DNA of 64,000 nucleotides from Eledone cirrhosa (lineage: Eukaryota). Below the pieces are notes generated by a model. The model saw nothing but the letters and a program-made list of their open reading frames with translations, was not told the DNA's origin and made no database searches. A program made the translations under genes and the position numbers. Within the stretch, counting starts at the first letter, position 1; every line of letters begins with the position of its first letter. Location: positions 129,766,001-129,830,000 of the forward strand of contig OZ024741.1 in the NCBI GenBank assembly GCA_964016885.1, written 5' to 3'. Below, piece after piece: positions 26,949 to 41,775 of the stretch.

Positions 26949-27178
26949 AACTCAATTTGTAAATTCTCAGAACTGTCTTGGGTTAAATTTGAACCTGTGT
27001 CGTTTACGATGATGTAGGCTCTGGATGTTGGTGTTGCAATGTCGTTATTTTCTCCTGCATCTCCTTGGGTGGACGATCGTGGTAGAAATCCGGCCTGAAG
27101 AATCTCGGCCGAAAACAACCAGAAGATTGATATTGTGAGAAGATAATGCATACTTCTTTGTTTCCAACTTTGGGACAT
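26949..27178 (-). CDS. TGF-beta superfamily ligand precursor, coding exon 1 (signal peptide and N-terminal prodomain)
   Basis: ATG at 27178 gives MSQSWKQRSMHYLLTISIFWLFSAEILQAG..., with a hydrophobic signal-like stretch, ending ...ENLQIE+tt. Donor GTAAGT at 26948-26943 (phase 2). An upstream polypyrimidine/TAG acceptor puts the exon start at 27224. Confidence 0.8.
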
Positions 27179-30100
27179 AATGGTGGCGGTGGTAGTGATG
27201 GCAGCAGTAATGGTAATAATAACCCTAGATGTAGAAAGAAAGTAAAAGAGAGAAAGAAAAAAAAAAGAGAAGAATGTTAATGCTGTGTGGAGAAAGAGAT
27301 AGGATGTTTGATTGTTGCTACAGAGGCAGAAAGGCAGAGTTGTTAAAGGCGTTGGATAAAAAAAATGCTTCAGTATTTGTTTCGGTTCATTGCGCTCTGG
27401 GGTCAAATACCGCCGAAATTAATTATTCCTTTTATTCTTTCGAGGTCGGTAAAAGAAAGTACCAAACCCGGTACTATCATTTAATTTTCTCTCTTGAAGA
27501 AATCGGCTGTGTTCCAACTTGGAGAGGGATGGGCTCCACACGCGGTGTGTCAAAGCAGCGCCTCTACGATTCCATCAGGAGTTAAGGGGCGTCTATCTTA
27601 CCTATAGAGGCAGAGACAGTAAATAAAGAAAAGGTGGAGGCGCAACAAGAGGACAAAGAAATCAACAACCAATTTAAGAGATTAAAATGTACGTGTATGG
27701 GCCACAATCCTTGGAATATCACTTAACGCTCAGGAGATCAGTGACACATGAAATACAGCATTGATCAAGAACACTGAGCGTCCAAGTTAACAAGGCAACG
27801 TCTCACAGAACCAGGAACCCTTCGCCAGAGCGACTATATCTTCTTTTGGTAGTAGATATGGCTCATACTTCAGGGCTCAGACAAATCCAGAGAAGATGAT
27901 GTTGGTTTCGATGTGAGGAACGCACGAATTTTCTCATTTCATTTGCCTATAACCGACACGTATGTCAAAACTGTCAGCGTCTCTGTCCCAACCGTCTGCT
28001 CTACGCATGACTAGTTTTACGAGGAGTTTTAATACGAACTCTCAATGATTAATACAAGAGATTGTAAGTCAGGGTGGGACTTTCACCTGCTGAGTCCTTA
28101 AGCTATATAAAATTTGAGGCATTTCTCTAAAAATTTCGGGTAAAAAAATTAAAATAATTATTTATTAATGATTACAAAATTAAGTTAGTTATAAAATGTT
28201 CCTTTTAGTTAGCTAATTCATTTATTCCATTTGCTGGATAGAAAATGAAAATATATATTTTAAAAATGAGGTCCCCGAAGGTGTGTGGCCTTAAGCTATA
28301 GTTTATTTAGCTTATAGGTAAGTCCAGCACTGGTCAGGATAAGTTACGGCTACCTGGTAACTTGAACACTTACAGCCACATAAAAGCTTGGTACGAAGTG
28401 TTTTGGACACATGTGCACTCCAAACAATGGTATCAAATAGACCTGATAATCACAAAACATCGCCACTTGAGAAAAATCAGACTTTGGTTAAAGATGATGT
28501 ACCATACAAAGCAAGCAGCACAATAAGATCTAAAACCCAGTTAAAGCAGCGGATTTCATCAAGTTATTGGAGAACTCTCTCTTTGCAGCAGTACTCGGAG
28601 ATGTTCAGTTGAGATAAGACACTCCCAAGAGAATCTTCCACAATATTGATTTCTAATTTAGACACAAAACCAGAAATTTAAGGGAAAAGCAAAGTTGATT
28701 AAATCAACCCAAATACTTGACTGATACTTTATTCTACCGACCCCGGATGAACGAAATTTATCTCGACAGGATTTGAACTCAGAATATAAAAAGCCAGAAC
28801 AAATATCACAACAGCATTTTATCCAATGCTCTACTAATTCTGCCAATCTACCACTCTGCCATAATATTGTATAAGAGCTTTGCAAGGAAACAGGGCACGA
28901 AACAGGACTGGTTGAGGTGAATTCAAGGAAGCTTACTGCTGTCATTGAGGTAGAGTGTGTTGTACTAATGGAGCACAAATTCTACATAATCCAGACAATC
29001 CTGCATGCGATATGTACAACATAAAACAAAACACAGAAAACATCCAGATGCTGCACAGACTACTGGCTTCAATTCTGTGAGGGAAATTAGTCATCATTTG
29101 ATACAGACAAAACCCTTTGAGTGCACGGGGAGATTAATAAAGTCATAAGCCCAACTCACAATAGAAAAGTATCATTGAAAAATCATACGACATCAGACAA
29201 TAAAAGACAAGGGACAAGTAGATAAGAAGGTGGGTGGAGCATTGCTCTAATCTCCACTCCAGAAAAGAAAATAATATATCGGACAGCGCACTAGACTCTA
29301 AACAACAGCTGAAACAACATCTCTATCGTACACAACCATCACAAACAACTGCACATTTTACACTAACACCACATTCTTTTTATGTGTGTCTGAAAGTGAT
29401 GCGACACATACTTAACAAGTGGTCCGAAGAAGCTGTACGCAAAACAACAACAACAACAACAAACAAACACGTAGGGCATATTGTACAATGTAGTCCTAGA
29501 TATATTATGGCTAGCACCGGAATGCCACGAATCGTAGGTCTACTCAATCAAGGTTTCTTTGGAGTTAAACAAAAACAGCAATAATAATTACTAACGACGA
29601 TAACAGCTGTTAACGACAATTAGACATACACAGACGCACACACACTACACTTCAGACTGAGCGGTGCCCCAGCTGCGCCCTGTGGACAAAATGGCAAAGG
29701 CATTACTGCAGAAAATGACCAGAGATGCCCGCTGCAAATGTCACCCCACCTCAAGGGGCTCCCTCCTCAAATGTGCCGCCTTCTTTCTGACTTTACGGAG
29801 GAAATCAGCAGTGCGGGGACCAAGGCTGCCAGAAGTCTCAATGGAGACTCAATGGAGACTCAATGGAGACCAAAGAGGAAGCGGTAGGTGAGGCCTCGGT
29901 GGTTATGCTGCATCCACGCACGCATACATACACATACAGGAGCCATCTAGTTACCAGCACAGACAAAGCACACCATTGACTCTTACGTATTACTGACTAC
30001 ACAACGCGCTGTGGATTGTACCGTTTGACTAGCTACCATATAATGTGGTTCGACTGACTATGCAACACATTACAAATTTATAAGGGCCAAATTAAAGTAT

Positions 30101-30302
30101 TAGGTACTCTTTGACTAGTTACAATAATTAGGCTACGGCCATGCTGAGGTACTGCATTCAAGGGTTTTAGGTGATAAAATCGACCCTGGTATTTATTTTA
30201 TTTGACTAGATAGTTTGGTACTCGTTTAGTCTATCTTTATTACCTGAACCTCTGTATCGGTATAAACGTACATACACACGTACATATATGTATCTCAATC
30301 AA

Positions 30303-30373
<71 letters not shown>

Positions 30374-31744
30374 TCATCTATCTATCTGTCTGCCCGCCTA
30401 CCTGTCTGTCTATATGTCTATCTATCCATCCATTAATCAATCCGAAGTTATAGTAGAAGACACTTGCCCAATGTGCCACAGAGTAGGGTTGAACCAGAGA
30501 CCAAATAGCTACAAAAGGTTGAAGTGAATTCGCTAAGCATACAGTTATGCCTTCACTTCTCTAATGATAAACAAAGTAAATATTACATTCCTATCTCTGT
30601 GATGTGTAAACTAATACAAGCCGCTAAATGTAAACAAATGACATTTTTTTCCATATCTTTTGCCGTGGAAATATTTATGAATGGAATACTACTGTTGCCA
30701 GGAGTAACCATATAGTAATCTATTTACACACGATCTGCACTTTTGTTGTCATTCAATAATAATAAACTTCCACCATCTGTTGCCCGTTTTGACACAACAA
30801 CATGGCTCATGAGTGCCTTTTGAGGAGTCCACTCTATTGTAAGCATTTAAGCTGAGTGACTCAGGGGTGCATTTAGCGGGGTCCACTCTCTTGTGAGTAT
30901 TTAGGCCGGATCGCTTATGAGTGCCTTTGGCGGAGTCCACTCTCTTTTCAGCATTTAGTCCAGGCCACCAAATCGAAGATAATATCCAACCACGCCCATT
31001 ATTCCGAAGCCCCACCTTAAAATTGTTACGAATTGAGCGTCCACCCAGAAAGTTATGACGCAAGCCAAGTATCAAAATCTGGTGATAGACCTTTCTCCAT
31101 CTAACCCCAACAGGCTCGGATGACATGAAAAGGATTATAAACACTGCTCTTCCCTCGCTGACTAAACTGTTAACACAAATACACACTCATAACAACTAGT
31201 TACTAACACAGACATATCACAACATAGCCTGCCACTCCTGTATACTACAACATCTTATGTGGAGTATCTCGCTTGACTAACCACCAGATGTTTATTCCAG
31301 CGACTACGCAATATATGGCAGAGTTTATAAGGTGAGGCTGGGTCAGACCACGGGTGTATGAATGTGTGTCCTTACACATACTTTAAACACTTGTGCAAAT
31401 GTCAGTGTGTATGTATGTGTGTGCGTGTATGTGTATGTGTATGCTTGCAAATACTTTGATTACGTGTTTATGTGTGCTTGTGTATGTCATTACACATGTT
31501 AAACATGTGTGCAGATTAGTAGTACTAACACAGCCCGATTCATAATAGAGGCTTATATGAACACTTAATATAATCACAGTTTAAAATACCCATATCGAGT
31601 CACATGTACGCATATTATACACAAACATATTATACAAGCCTCTATTACACGCGTAGGTGTGTGTGTGTGAGGGGGGGGGGGGGTCTTATATACACTTTGA
31701 ACACGTGGGCTGATATGTGCTCAGAAATATTTTGAACAAGTGTA

Positions 31745-31850
31745 TAGGCATTCTTCTTCCTTCGCGCCATTACTTACTATAAAACTGAGGTAAAACCTAT
31801 AATAGAGTATCTCTCCTACATCTGGGACGGTGCTGCTACACACATTAGAC
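31745..31850 (+). mobile_element. Short CR1/L2-type LINE RT C-terminal remnant
   Basis: YKTEVKPIIEYLSYIWDGAA. Confidence 0.45.
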
Positions 31851-33232
31851 CGCTTTCATGGCTGAATGGTTAAGGAGTTCGCTTCGTAATCATTAGGTTC
31901 CAGGTTCAATCGCACTGCCCGCCACCTAAAACAAGTGCCATTTATCATAGCTTATGATCGACCAGTGCTGGAAGCTCGTCGACTCGATTGTACATATAAT
32001 TCCAAGGGTCAGACTGTGTCTTGCTGAATCCCCTCGAGTATTAAATTAATGGTTCATGTGCCTGTAGAATGATTAACCACTTACATGTTAATTTCATGTG
32101 TAATGTAAGCTGCACCGTTGATCAAAGATCTGGAACATTTATCTTATCATCGAAACCGATTTGGGTCAATTCAAAGAAAAAAAGCTCTTAATTAATTGAC
32201 ATAGGCCCTCACCAATACACACTAGCTTTCGGCTTACAGTCCCTGTCTTTTTCTTTCGCTTTTATAAAAGCCTTTACTCCGCAGCTTGCCCAATCTCTTG
32301 CCATATTTCCTCAGACATTCCTGCGTCAATCATCTCCCCAAATCTCATCACACATGTTATGTCCAATAGCCTAGATTAAGCACCAAAAACTACACCCCAA
32401 ACTTTATTTTCTACCTAGAGCTTTATCCTTTAGGTATTGGTTTAGCTCTTAAAGTCCTGTACCGCACGAAACCACATTAGCATGTCATTTTTGAAAAGTA
32501 AAAATCAGAACTTTGACTGCATCAATTTAAATACTAAATTCTCTCCTTTACTCTAATACTTCAAACTTTCACAACGATCTGTTTAGTAGAAAAGATACAA
32601 TAAACCTTTAAATTAACAAGCCTATTAAACATGTTTTCAGCAAAATTCCTTACATGTGTTAAGAGTTAAGTGGGATATCAACAACATAAATCTCACCGAT
32701 GTTGAGGGCCTATGAAGGCCAGGCACATTGCTCTTACCACTCAAGGTTAGCAGAAAATAAAATAATAATATCGTATATGTTTACATTGCGTTTACAAATA
32801 CTTTGAATACGTGTGTATACATATAAGTGTATTTGTGTGTGTCTGTCTGAATGTGTGTGTGAGTTTATGTATGTGCGTGTCTGTGATATTTTTCTCTATC
32901 CAGACATACATAATCAGCGTTAACCGACGTCTGTTTTCAAAACGAGGCTAAACATATGCGTACTAAAAGTACACATGTAAATTTGTTTACAATCTTTGTG
33001 TGTGTGTATATGTGTGTATGTGTGTGTGTGTCTGTGTATGTGTCTGTGTGTGTGTATGCGTGTCTGTGTGTGTGTGTGTGTATCTATCTGTATATCTCAG
33101 GATTGAGCCAGTTTTAATCTAGTTAGACCATTATTCAACAGAGTACTCGATACTGAGGATAGTAGAGTATGACTATATGAGAAAGAGTCGGGACCCGACG
33201 GCTGAGCTCTTGCCGTTTCAAAAGCTAGTTCC

Positions 33233-33355
<123 letters not shown>

Positions 33356-33964
33356 TGTGCGCGCGTGTGTGTGTGTAGAGCGAGTCAAGATATGATCAAT
33401 TAAAGCTAAAGGTGCTCCAGTTTGGCCGCATTCCAATGGTTGAAACCAACAAAAGAAGCGTGTTCATATTTGTATGTGATATGTGTGTATATGTGTCTTT
33501 ATGTATATGTATGCATGTGTGTGCGTGCGGATGTATGCGATGTGTGTGTATATGTGCTTTTATGTGTGTATATGCACGTGTATGTGTGTATATGTGTGTG
33601 TGTGTATGTGCGTGTATGTGTGTATATGTGTGTGTGTATGTGTGTGCGCGTGCATGTGTGTGTGTGGGTGCGTGTCTGCTGCTTAAAAGTTCTGAGTGCA
33701 CCTGTGTGAGATGGTGTTAGTGTTGTGTCTACGTAGATATCTTGTTGCTGTTTTGCCCAAGTTTAACCTTGATCGAGTAGACATAAAAAAGTGGTTCCTG
33801 CCATATACATACATACGTACGTATGTATGCATGTATGTGTGTATGTATGCATGTATGTGTGTATGTATGTGTGTATTATGTGTGTGTATCTATGTATGTA
33901 TGTGTGTGTGTATGTATGTATTTATGTATGTATGTACGCATGTATGTGTGTATGTATGTATGTA

Positions 33965-33998
<34 letters not shown>

Positions 33999-34079
33999 AA
34001 TGCATGTGTGCATGTATGTATGTGTGTATGTATGTATGTATGTATGTATGTGTGTATGTATGTGTGTATGTATGTATGT

Positions 34080-34116
<37 letters not shown>

Positions 34117-34744
34117 CTATGTATGTATGTATGTGTGTGTGTATGTATGTATTTATGTACGTATGTATGTATGTGTGTATGTATGTATGTGTGTGTATGT
34201 ATGTATTTATGTATGTATGTACGCATGTATGTGTGTATGTATGTATGTGTGTGTGTGTGTATGTATGTATGAATGCATTTGTGCATGTATGTATGTATGT
34301 GTGTATGTATGTATGTATGTACGTATGTATGTATGTATGTATGTATGTACGTATGTATATACGTATGTATGTATGTGTGTGTGTATGTATGTGTGTGTGT
34401 GTATGTATGTATGCATGTATGTATGTATGTATGTATGTATGTATGTGTGTATGTATGTATTTACGTATGTATGTACATATGTATGTATTTGTGTGTGTAT
34501 GTATGCATGTATGTATGTATGTGTGTGTGTATCTATGTATGTATGTATGTATGTATGTATGTATGTATGTATGTATGTATGTATGTATGTATGTATGTAT
34601 GTATGTGTGTATGTATGTATTTATGTGTGTATGTATGTATGTATGTGTGTGTGTGTGTGTATATGTATGTATGTATTTATATATGTATGTATGTGTGTGT
34701 GTGTGTGTGTATATATGTATGTATTTATGTATATATGTATGTAT

Positions 34745-34908
34745 GTTATCTCTTTCTCTTAATTTCGAGTATTTTTTTTGACCGGCCACCTTCCTGGTGG
34801 CAAGGTTGTAAAAGAAAAGAAATTGTCATCCCTTGAATCGCAAGAATGTTTTGCAAATTTTGAAGGTGCCAGCTATCGCAGCCATTTGTAGACTATGAAT
34901 TAGGGAGT
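34745..34908 (-). mobile_element. Short 3' end of the R4/Dong-like element
   Basis: Reverse complement of about 10428-10585. Confidence 0.85.
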
Positions 34909-35257
34909 TGATGTATGTATGTATGTATGTATGTATGTATGTATGTATGTATGTATGTATGTATGTATGTATGTATGTATGTATGTATGTACGTATGTAT
35001 ATACGTATGTATTTATGTATGTATGTGTGTATGTATGTATGTGTGTGTGTATGTATGTATGCACGTATGTATGTATGTATGTATGTATGTATGTATGTAT
35101 GTATGTATGTATGTATGTATGTATGTACGTATGTATGTATGTGTGTATGTATGTATTTACGTATGTATGTACGTATGTGTGTATGTATGTATTTATGTAC
35201 GTATGTATGTATGTATGTATGTATATATGTGTGTGTGTATGTATGTATGTATGTTAA

Positions 35258-35868
35258 TGTCAGGTCACCAGCTGGTGCTACTGGTAACATGTATCCCAGT
35301 ACAACCTGTCTCATGGTCGGGTCGTTGGCGACTAAACTAGCAACCCCACCAAGGTTTCTTGGTGATGAGGGTGACTTTGGACATCCTGCAGGACTAAAAA
35401 CTAAACCTGTCAAAGGGCAAAGGAGCTCTTAAGCGTCAATGGCGATCCAAAATCACCGGGAGAGATGACCCCTTAGCCTTTGTCAAGGCAGAATTCTAGG
35501 AGAAGGAAAACTCTGATATAACACCTGCAACCTTGATGGTATCCAATGATGTTGACTTGTTCTTCTTTTTGGTAAATATCATCTTGGTTAAGAGAGTGGG
35601 ACTGGCTTTGTGCAGTCCCTTTTCTCACTATAAAATCTTCACGGCACAGGCATTGCTTTATATCTGGAGATCTCTCTGCACTTGTCATCACATGGTACCA
35701 TGGGCCCAGCACTATGTGTCAGTAATTGTCACAAGTGTAGTGTTTGTACCAGAGTTTTCAAGTCGCTGGCTGGACTAAAAAGTCACACTCGTTCAGCGCA
35801 TCGGTAGGGGTTCTCCTACATGGATATAAAGTAGTGGCCGTACTCGAAAACGAGTTGGCAGCCACCAT
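35258..35868 (+). mobile_element. About 610-bp non-coding retroposon with (ATGT)n tail
   Basis: Inverted copy of 8661-9266. Confidence 0.8.
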
Positions 35869-36223
35869 GTACGTATGTATGTACGTATGTACGTATGTAT
35901 GTATGTATGTATGTATGTATGTATGTATGTATGTATGTATGTATGTATGTATGTGTGCATGTATGTATGCATGTATGTGTGTATGTGTGTGTGTATGTAT
36001 GTATGTATGTATGTATGTATGCGTGTGTGTATGTATGTATGCATGTAAGTACGTATGTATGTATGTATGTATGTATGTATGTATGTATGTACATATGTAT
36101 GCCTGTATGTATCTATCATATACATATTCGTGTGTGTATGTATGAATATGAATGACTGCCTATATACCTATGTATATCAGTGGTTGTATGCATGTACACG
36201 TAAATGTGTGAGAGAGAGAGAGA

Positions 36224-36295
<72 letters not shown>

Positions 36296-37163
36296 AGAGA
36301 GGCGATATAGCTAGAGAGACAGCAGAGAGGAGAAATAGATAATTGAAGAGAGGGAGAAGAAAAAAAAAAAAAAAAAGAGAGTGATAGAAACTGTCAGTCA
36401 TTTTACGCGTGTATGTCTGAGTTTCAGAGTGGTCACCGGAATTGCGAGAAATAGCAGCCATGTGAAGTCTGTCTGAAAATAACACACTACGGTCATAAGA
36501 ATAATAATTGTTTCTACTATTGGCACAATGATTTCATTTATTGGCCACAAGGCCGACATGTAGGGGACAATACAAAGATAGGGACAGTGGGGGTTTACAA
36601 TAAACTCGAATAAAATTGCAGAATGGCAAGACTAATTTAACAATGAAGATATAAAAATATAAAATAAACTGCATATAATAATAATTGTTTCTACTTTTGG
36701 CACAAGGCAAGCAATTATCTCAGTGTATTACTGGTACTTTATTTTATCGACCCCGTAAGGATGAAAGGCAAAGTTAACCTCGGCGGGATTTGAACTCAGA
36801 CCATAAAGGGCCGTAACTCTATGCTGCAAAGCATGGTGTCCGACCCTCTACCGATACTGCCAATCCACCGCCCTATGAATAAAATAATAATTGTTTCTAC
36901 TTTTGGCACAAGGCCAGCAATCATCCCAGTGTATTGATGACAAAAATAAAACCAAGGACACACTAGATAATGTAGTCTTTAGTAAATTATTTTTCTGTTA
37001 GTCTTTTACTTGTTCCAGCTGACGAGCTGAAGCTATGTTGGAGCACCGCCTGAGGAGATGGTCAGCGTTGGACGTACTTTGATCATGGTCCGAGTGGCTA
37101 AACAACAAAACAACATTTGCTCTGCAATTCTCTCACTATTTATCTCTCTACCTCTCTAGTTCC

Positions 37164-37220
<57 letters not shown>

Positions 37221-37888
37221 TATATGCGTGTGTGTGTGTTTGTGTTTATGTGTATTTGTGTGTGTGTTTGTTTTTATGTGTGTGTTAGTGTGTGTTTGTG
37301 TGTGTGTTTGTGTTTATGTATGTGTGTGTGTTTATGTGTATGTGTGTGTAGACATGTACTAATGTTTATGAAGAGGCGTCGCTTAGTGGTTAGGATGTTC
37401 GATTCCTGGACGGAGCGGTGTATTGTGTCCTTGAGCAAGACACGTTATTTCACGTTGCTCCAGTCGTACTCAGCTGACAGAAATGTGTTGTCACGCTGAA
37501 TCTACCCGAGAACATCTGCGGTGGAAGCATTTCTGAAATGAAGGCCGAGGGGGGGGGGTGATAAATTTAGTTGAAGTAATTAGTTTACCTGTTATTATCA
37601 AATATCAACCAAAATATCTAAAAAACTTCGATATGTGATAAACAACATGTATATATATATTGTAGCGCATATACAAATAGATGTGTGTTTTATTAGTTTG
37701 GCGGGCCCCCTGGTCCGTCTCCACCCCCAGTTCCACCGACCCTGTGTGGGCATACGTGTCTGTGGTTTGCTCAGCTACATCTACGGCAAATGTCACTAAC
37801 AGTCTGTTCCACTGAACGATCGAAGTGGATCTCTCGTAGTCGGAAACGAGTGTGCTATAATACTCACACACACACACGCACACACACG

Positions 37889-37981
<93 letters not shown>

Positions 37982-38170
37982 TGTAGTCGGAAACGAGTGT
38001 GCTATAATACTCACACAACCACACGCACACAAACACACACACACGCACACAAACACACACACATACACGCACACACACAATCTGTAGTCGGAAACAAGTG
38101 TGGTACAATACTCACACACACACACAAACACACACACACACACACACATACACACAATCTGTTATTACCA

Positions 38171-38207
<37 letters not shown>

Positions 38208-38858
38208 TTAGGTAAGTTCAAGTATTCAGTTCTCGCCGTTGTCGTCGTCGTTTTCGCGCGCAAGGTGCGTGTATTAATTAGCTTGTTGTTGCAGTTGTTG
38301 TTGTTGCTGTTATTGTTATTACTGTTGTTACTTTCATTGATATTGTTGCTGTTGTTATTGTTGTTGCTGAAATAGCCGATTCTTTTGCTGTTGTTACGAT
38401 TATTGTTGTTACTGTTATTGTTGTTGTTGTTGTTGTTGTTTTTTATGTTATTGTTGATGTCGTAACTGTTAATGTTGACCTTGTTACTGGTGTTATTGCT
38501 GTTGTTATTGTTGTTGTTGTTGTTACTGTTGTTATTGCTGTTGTTGTTATTGTTGTTTCTGTTGTTATTGCTGCTGTTGTTATTGTTGTTGTTGTTATTG
38601 TTGTTTCTGTTGTTATTGCTGCTGTTGTTGTTATTGTTGTTTCTGTTGTTATTGCTGTTGTTGTTATTGTTATTATTGTTAGTATTGTTACTGTTGTTGT
38701 TGTTACTGTTGTTGTTGTTACTCTTGTTTTGTTAGTCTTTGTTGTTACTGTTGTTGTTGCTTAGTCCTGGGTCAGACCGTCATCAAATGCATTCTAGCCA
38801 TGTCCTTCCATTATTTAAGGAGGTGGGGAAGTGCTCATCTGCGATTACATTAACATAC

Positions 38859-38921
<63 letters not shown>

Positions 38922-40242
38922 TAAACATGTATATATAGTTATTTAGTATAAATATGCGCCTGGATTATAGTATATGTATGCGTGTGTGTGCGCGTATGTG
39001 TGTGTGTGTGTGTGCGCGGTCTATCTGACGGGACGAATGACCATGTAGACGTTCTTTCGTTGTCTCACCATGTGGGGTAAGCGTACTATAGTCCGTCACT
39101 CGCAATCGAGTATGACTTGGTAGTATATACCATGCGGTTCCGGGAAAACTCAGATGCCCTATTAACCCTCCCCTCCCCCTTTCATCCAGCGGAACATCCA
39201 GAATATTATAACTGGAAGGAGAGAGAGCTGCACCAGCAATGAGCGGGATTATTTTTTTTTATCGACCCCGAAAGGATGAAAGGCAAAGTGCACCTCAGTG
39301 GGATTTGAATTCAAAATCTGAGGACACAGAACAAATATCCAACGTTCCAACGACAATGTCAAATTGACTGTCTTATTATGAGCAGCGCTAGGATCAAAGT
39401 TATTCCAGTCATGGCTATCCTGTATTTTTAGATACGGTAAGATTTGGGATTTGAAGAGATTTGGGTTACTATTTCTAACTGGTGGAGTGTCCATGTCGAG
39501 ATTCCCGGGAATGTATGCTTCATTGGATTAGGTATTTTACCCAGTCTTTAAATCAAGATCTTTCCACCCCTATGTAACTCATGCTGCTTTATGTACTCTA
39601 TCTCATCGACAGCATAAAGAATGAAGGATGTGATTTGAGTGATATTTAGCTATTAGTTTTAGCAGATTAATCGACCACATACAGGTTTTCCGGTTGGATT
39701 GCTTTCGTGTATGTTATAAACCGCGTGTCTATTGACTGTTTTCTTCCTGGGAGTGTGTATGTATATGTATTTGTGTATAATGTGCATATTTATGTTACTT
39801 TGTCTTATGAATGCATGGATGTAAATGTTTGTATATGTATGTGTGTGTGTGTTATTCTTAGAGTTTCGTAGATGAAAACTGTGTTGAGTCCTATAAATTA
39901 ATGGGCCAGCTTTCTCAACAGGGCATCCGATTGAAATTTTGCAGAACGAAAAAAGGCTGCTTTTGGGGTCCGAGTTCGCGTAGATGGGTAAAAGGTCACC
40001 TCTCAAAATTTAAGAGGCCTGAAAGTTTTGTTTCTGTTCAGGGGAGGTAGGGAGGTGTCAGATAAGCTTATACACCGGCTGAACACACCTCTTACATGTA
40101 GTGTTTACTAAACATCGCATGACACCTGTATGTACATGTGTATATGTAAAAAGTATGTAAGCATGACTATCTATGAATATGTGAGTGTATGTGTGTGGTT
40201 GTATAATCTGAAAGCAAACTGTACAATACATATAAACACGCA

Positions 40243-40320
<78 letters not shown>

Positions 40321-40324
40321 CATG

Positions 40325-40590
40325 TGAAGGCACGTGGCCTAGTGGTAAGGGTGTTGGACTTACGATCATAATATCGTGGGTTCGATTCCTGGGTTGCGTG
40401 TTGTGTTCTTGAGCAAAACACGTCATTTCACGTTGCTCCAGTATACTCAGCTGAAAATGAATACCACCAATAGCTGGGGGTTTCAACCCTGCGATGGACT
40501 GGCGTCCTGTCCAGGGGAAAGTCTTGTACTCTCAGTCGCTTCACGCCATGAAACCGGGATAAGCACCGGCCAAAGGAACCTTATGGCTTA
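40325..40590 (+). mobile_element. tRNA-derived SINE (near full length)
   Basis: gtggcctagtggtaagg A-box and gggttcgattcc B-box. Relatives at 6220-6440, 19975-20075 and 37375-37500. Confidence 0.8.
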
Positions 40591-40617
40591 AGACAGACTT
40601 TAGACTTAGATAGACTT

Positions 40618-40684
<67 letters not shown>

Positions 40685-41100
40685 TAATATATACATGTAC
40701 ACCCACATGCACATATATATAGTTACACATGTAGCACACACACAAACACAGAGACACACATATATGTGTGTGTGCGTGTTGTACATGTGTAATTGTATAT
40801 ATGTGCATGTGGGTGTACATGTATATATATTTGAAATTATATATATATATAACGAAGGAGTTGTGGTAAGGAACCAGACGGACCATAACGCACCAGAGTA
40901 CTCAATACTTAGGGTAGCACAGTGGGTAATAGGAAAATCCTATATGTATATATATAAAATTACAAGAAACGTAGCGGGCTGTGTGGCTACTGTAAACAAA
41001 GTGTAAGATAGTAACATGGACGTAAACAAGAGAAGAAACCCTTCATCGGATGTTTTCTTCTCTTGTTTACGTCCATATTACTATCTTACACACACACACA

Positions 41101-41187
<87 letters not shown>

Positions 41188-41352
41188 ACTCTAAAAACAA
41201 AAATAAATAAAAATAAAAATAAAAATAAACTATAGCTTTGTAGAATTAGCTTTTAATGAATTCCCTTTTCTATCAACCAATGACCTACACCCATTCCACT
41301 CCCCACCCTCTCCTACCACTTGTATAAATACCATACTTATTTTTTGATACCC

Positions 41353-41403
41353 AGATTCCTGATGATTTCTAAAGAATGAAACAGTTCTAGTCCTGTAGAA
41401 TCT
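41353..41403 (+). ncRNA. Type I hammerhead ribozyme with canonical core
   Basis: agattc-CTGATGA-tttctaaagaat-GAAA-cag ttctagtc ctg-TA-gaatct: 6-bp stem I, stem II, stem III and a GUA cleavage triplet. Confidence 0.75.
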
Positions 41404-41514
41404 CATCTATATATATATATATATATATATATAGTAATAATAATAAAATTGAAGACTAAAATCCAAAGAGGGCTTGATAAGGATAAATATATATCAAATA
41501 TATAAGAACCGTAG

Positions 41515-41680
41515 AGCAAATATTTATTGAAATAACAGATTAAAGTTTAAGCAAAGAATCGCTGCTTTCACCCCTAACGGGATCTTCTGAAACTAAATAA
41601 TTTTTTCTTAGTTTCAGAAGATCCCGTTAAGGGTGAAAGCAGCGATTCTTTGCTTAAACTTTAATCTGTTATTTTAATAA

Positions 41681-41684
<4 letters not shown>
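41515..41684. repeat. Fold-back element with variant hammerhead-like motif
   Basis: Palindrome. Same family at 7661-7730, 10865-11068 and 18140-18165. Confidence 0.75.

Positions 41685-41770
<86 letters not shown>

Positions 41771-41775
<5 letters not shown>

Larger units (their letters stand above)
33800..36120. repeat. Long degenerate (TATG)n/(TG)n field interrupted by two retroposons
   Basis: Direct reading of the sequence. Confidence 0.95.

Noticed and set aside
35258-35345. HDV-like ribozyme at the 5' end of the 610-bp element
   Set aside because: A small gtcg-ttgg-cgac hairpin followed by taa is suggestive, but I could not build convincing P1/P3/L3 elements by eye.
40325-40400. tRNA gene
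   Set aside because: A and B boxes are present but there is no complete cloverleaf, and the sequence continues into a repeated SINE body.
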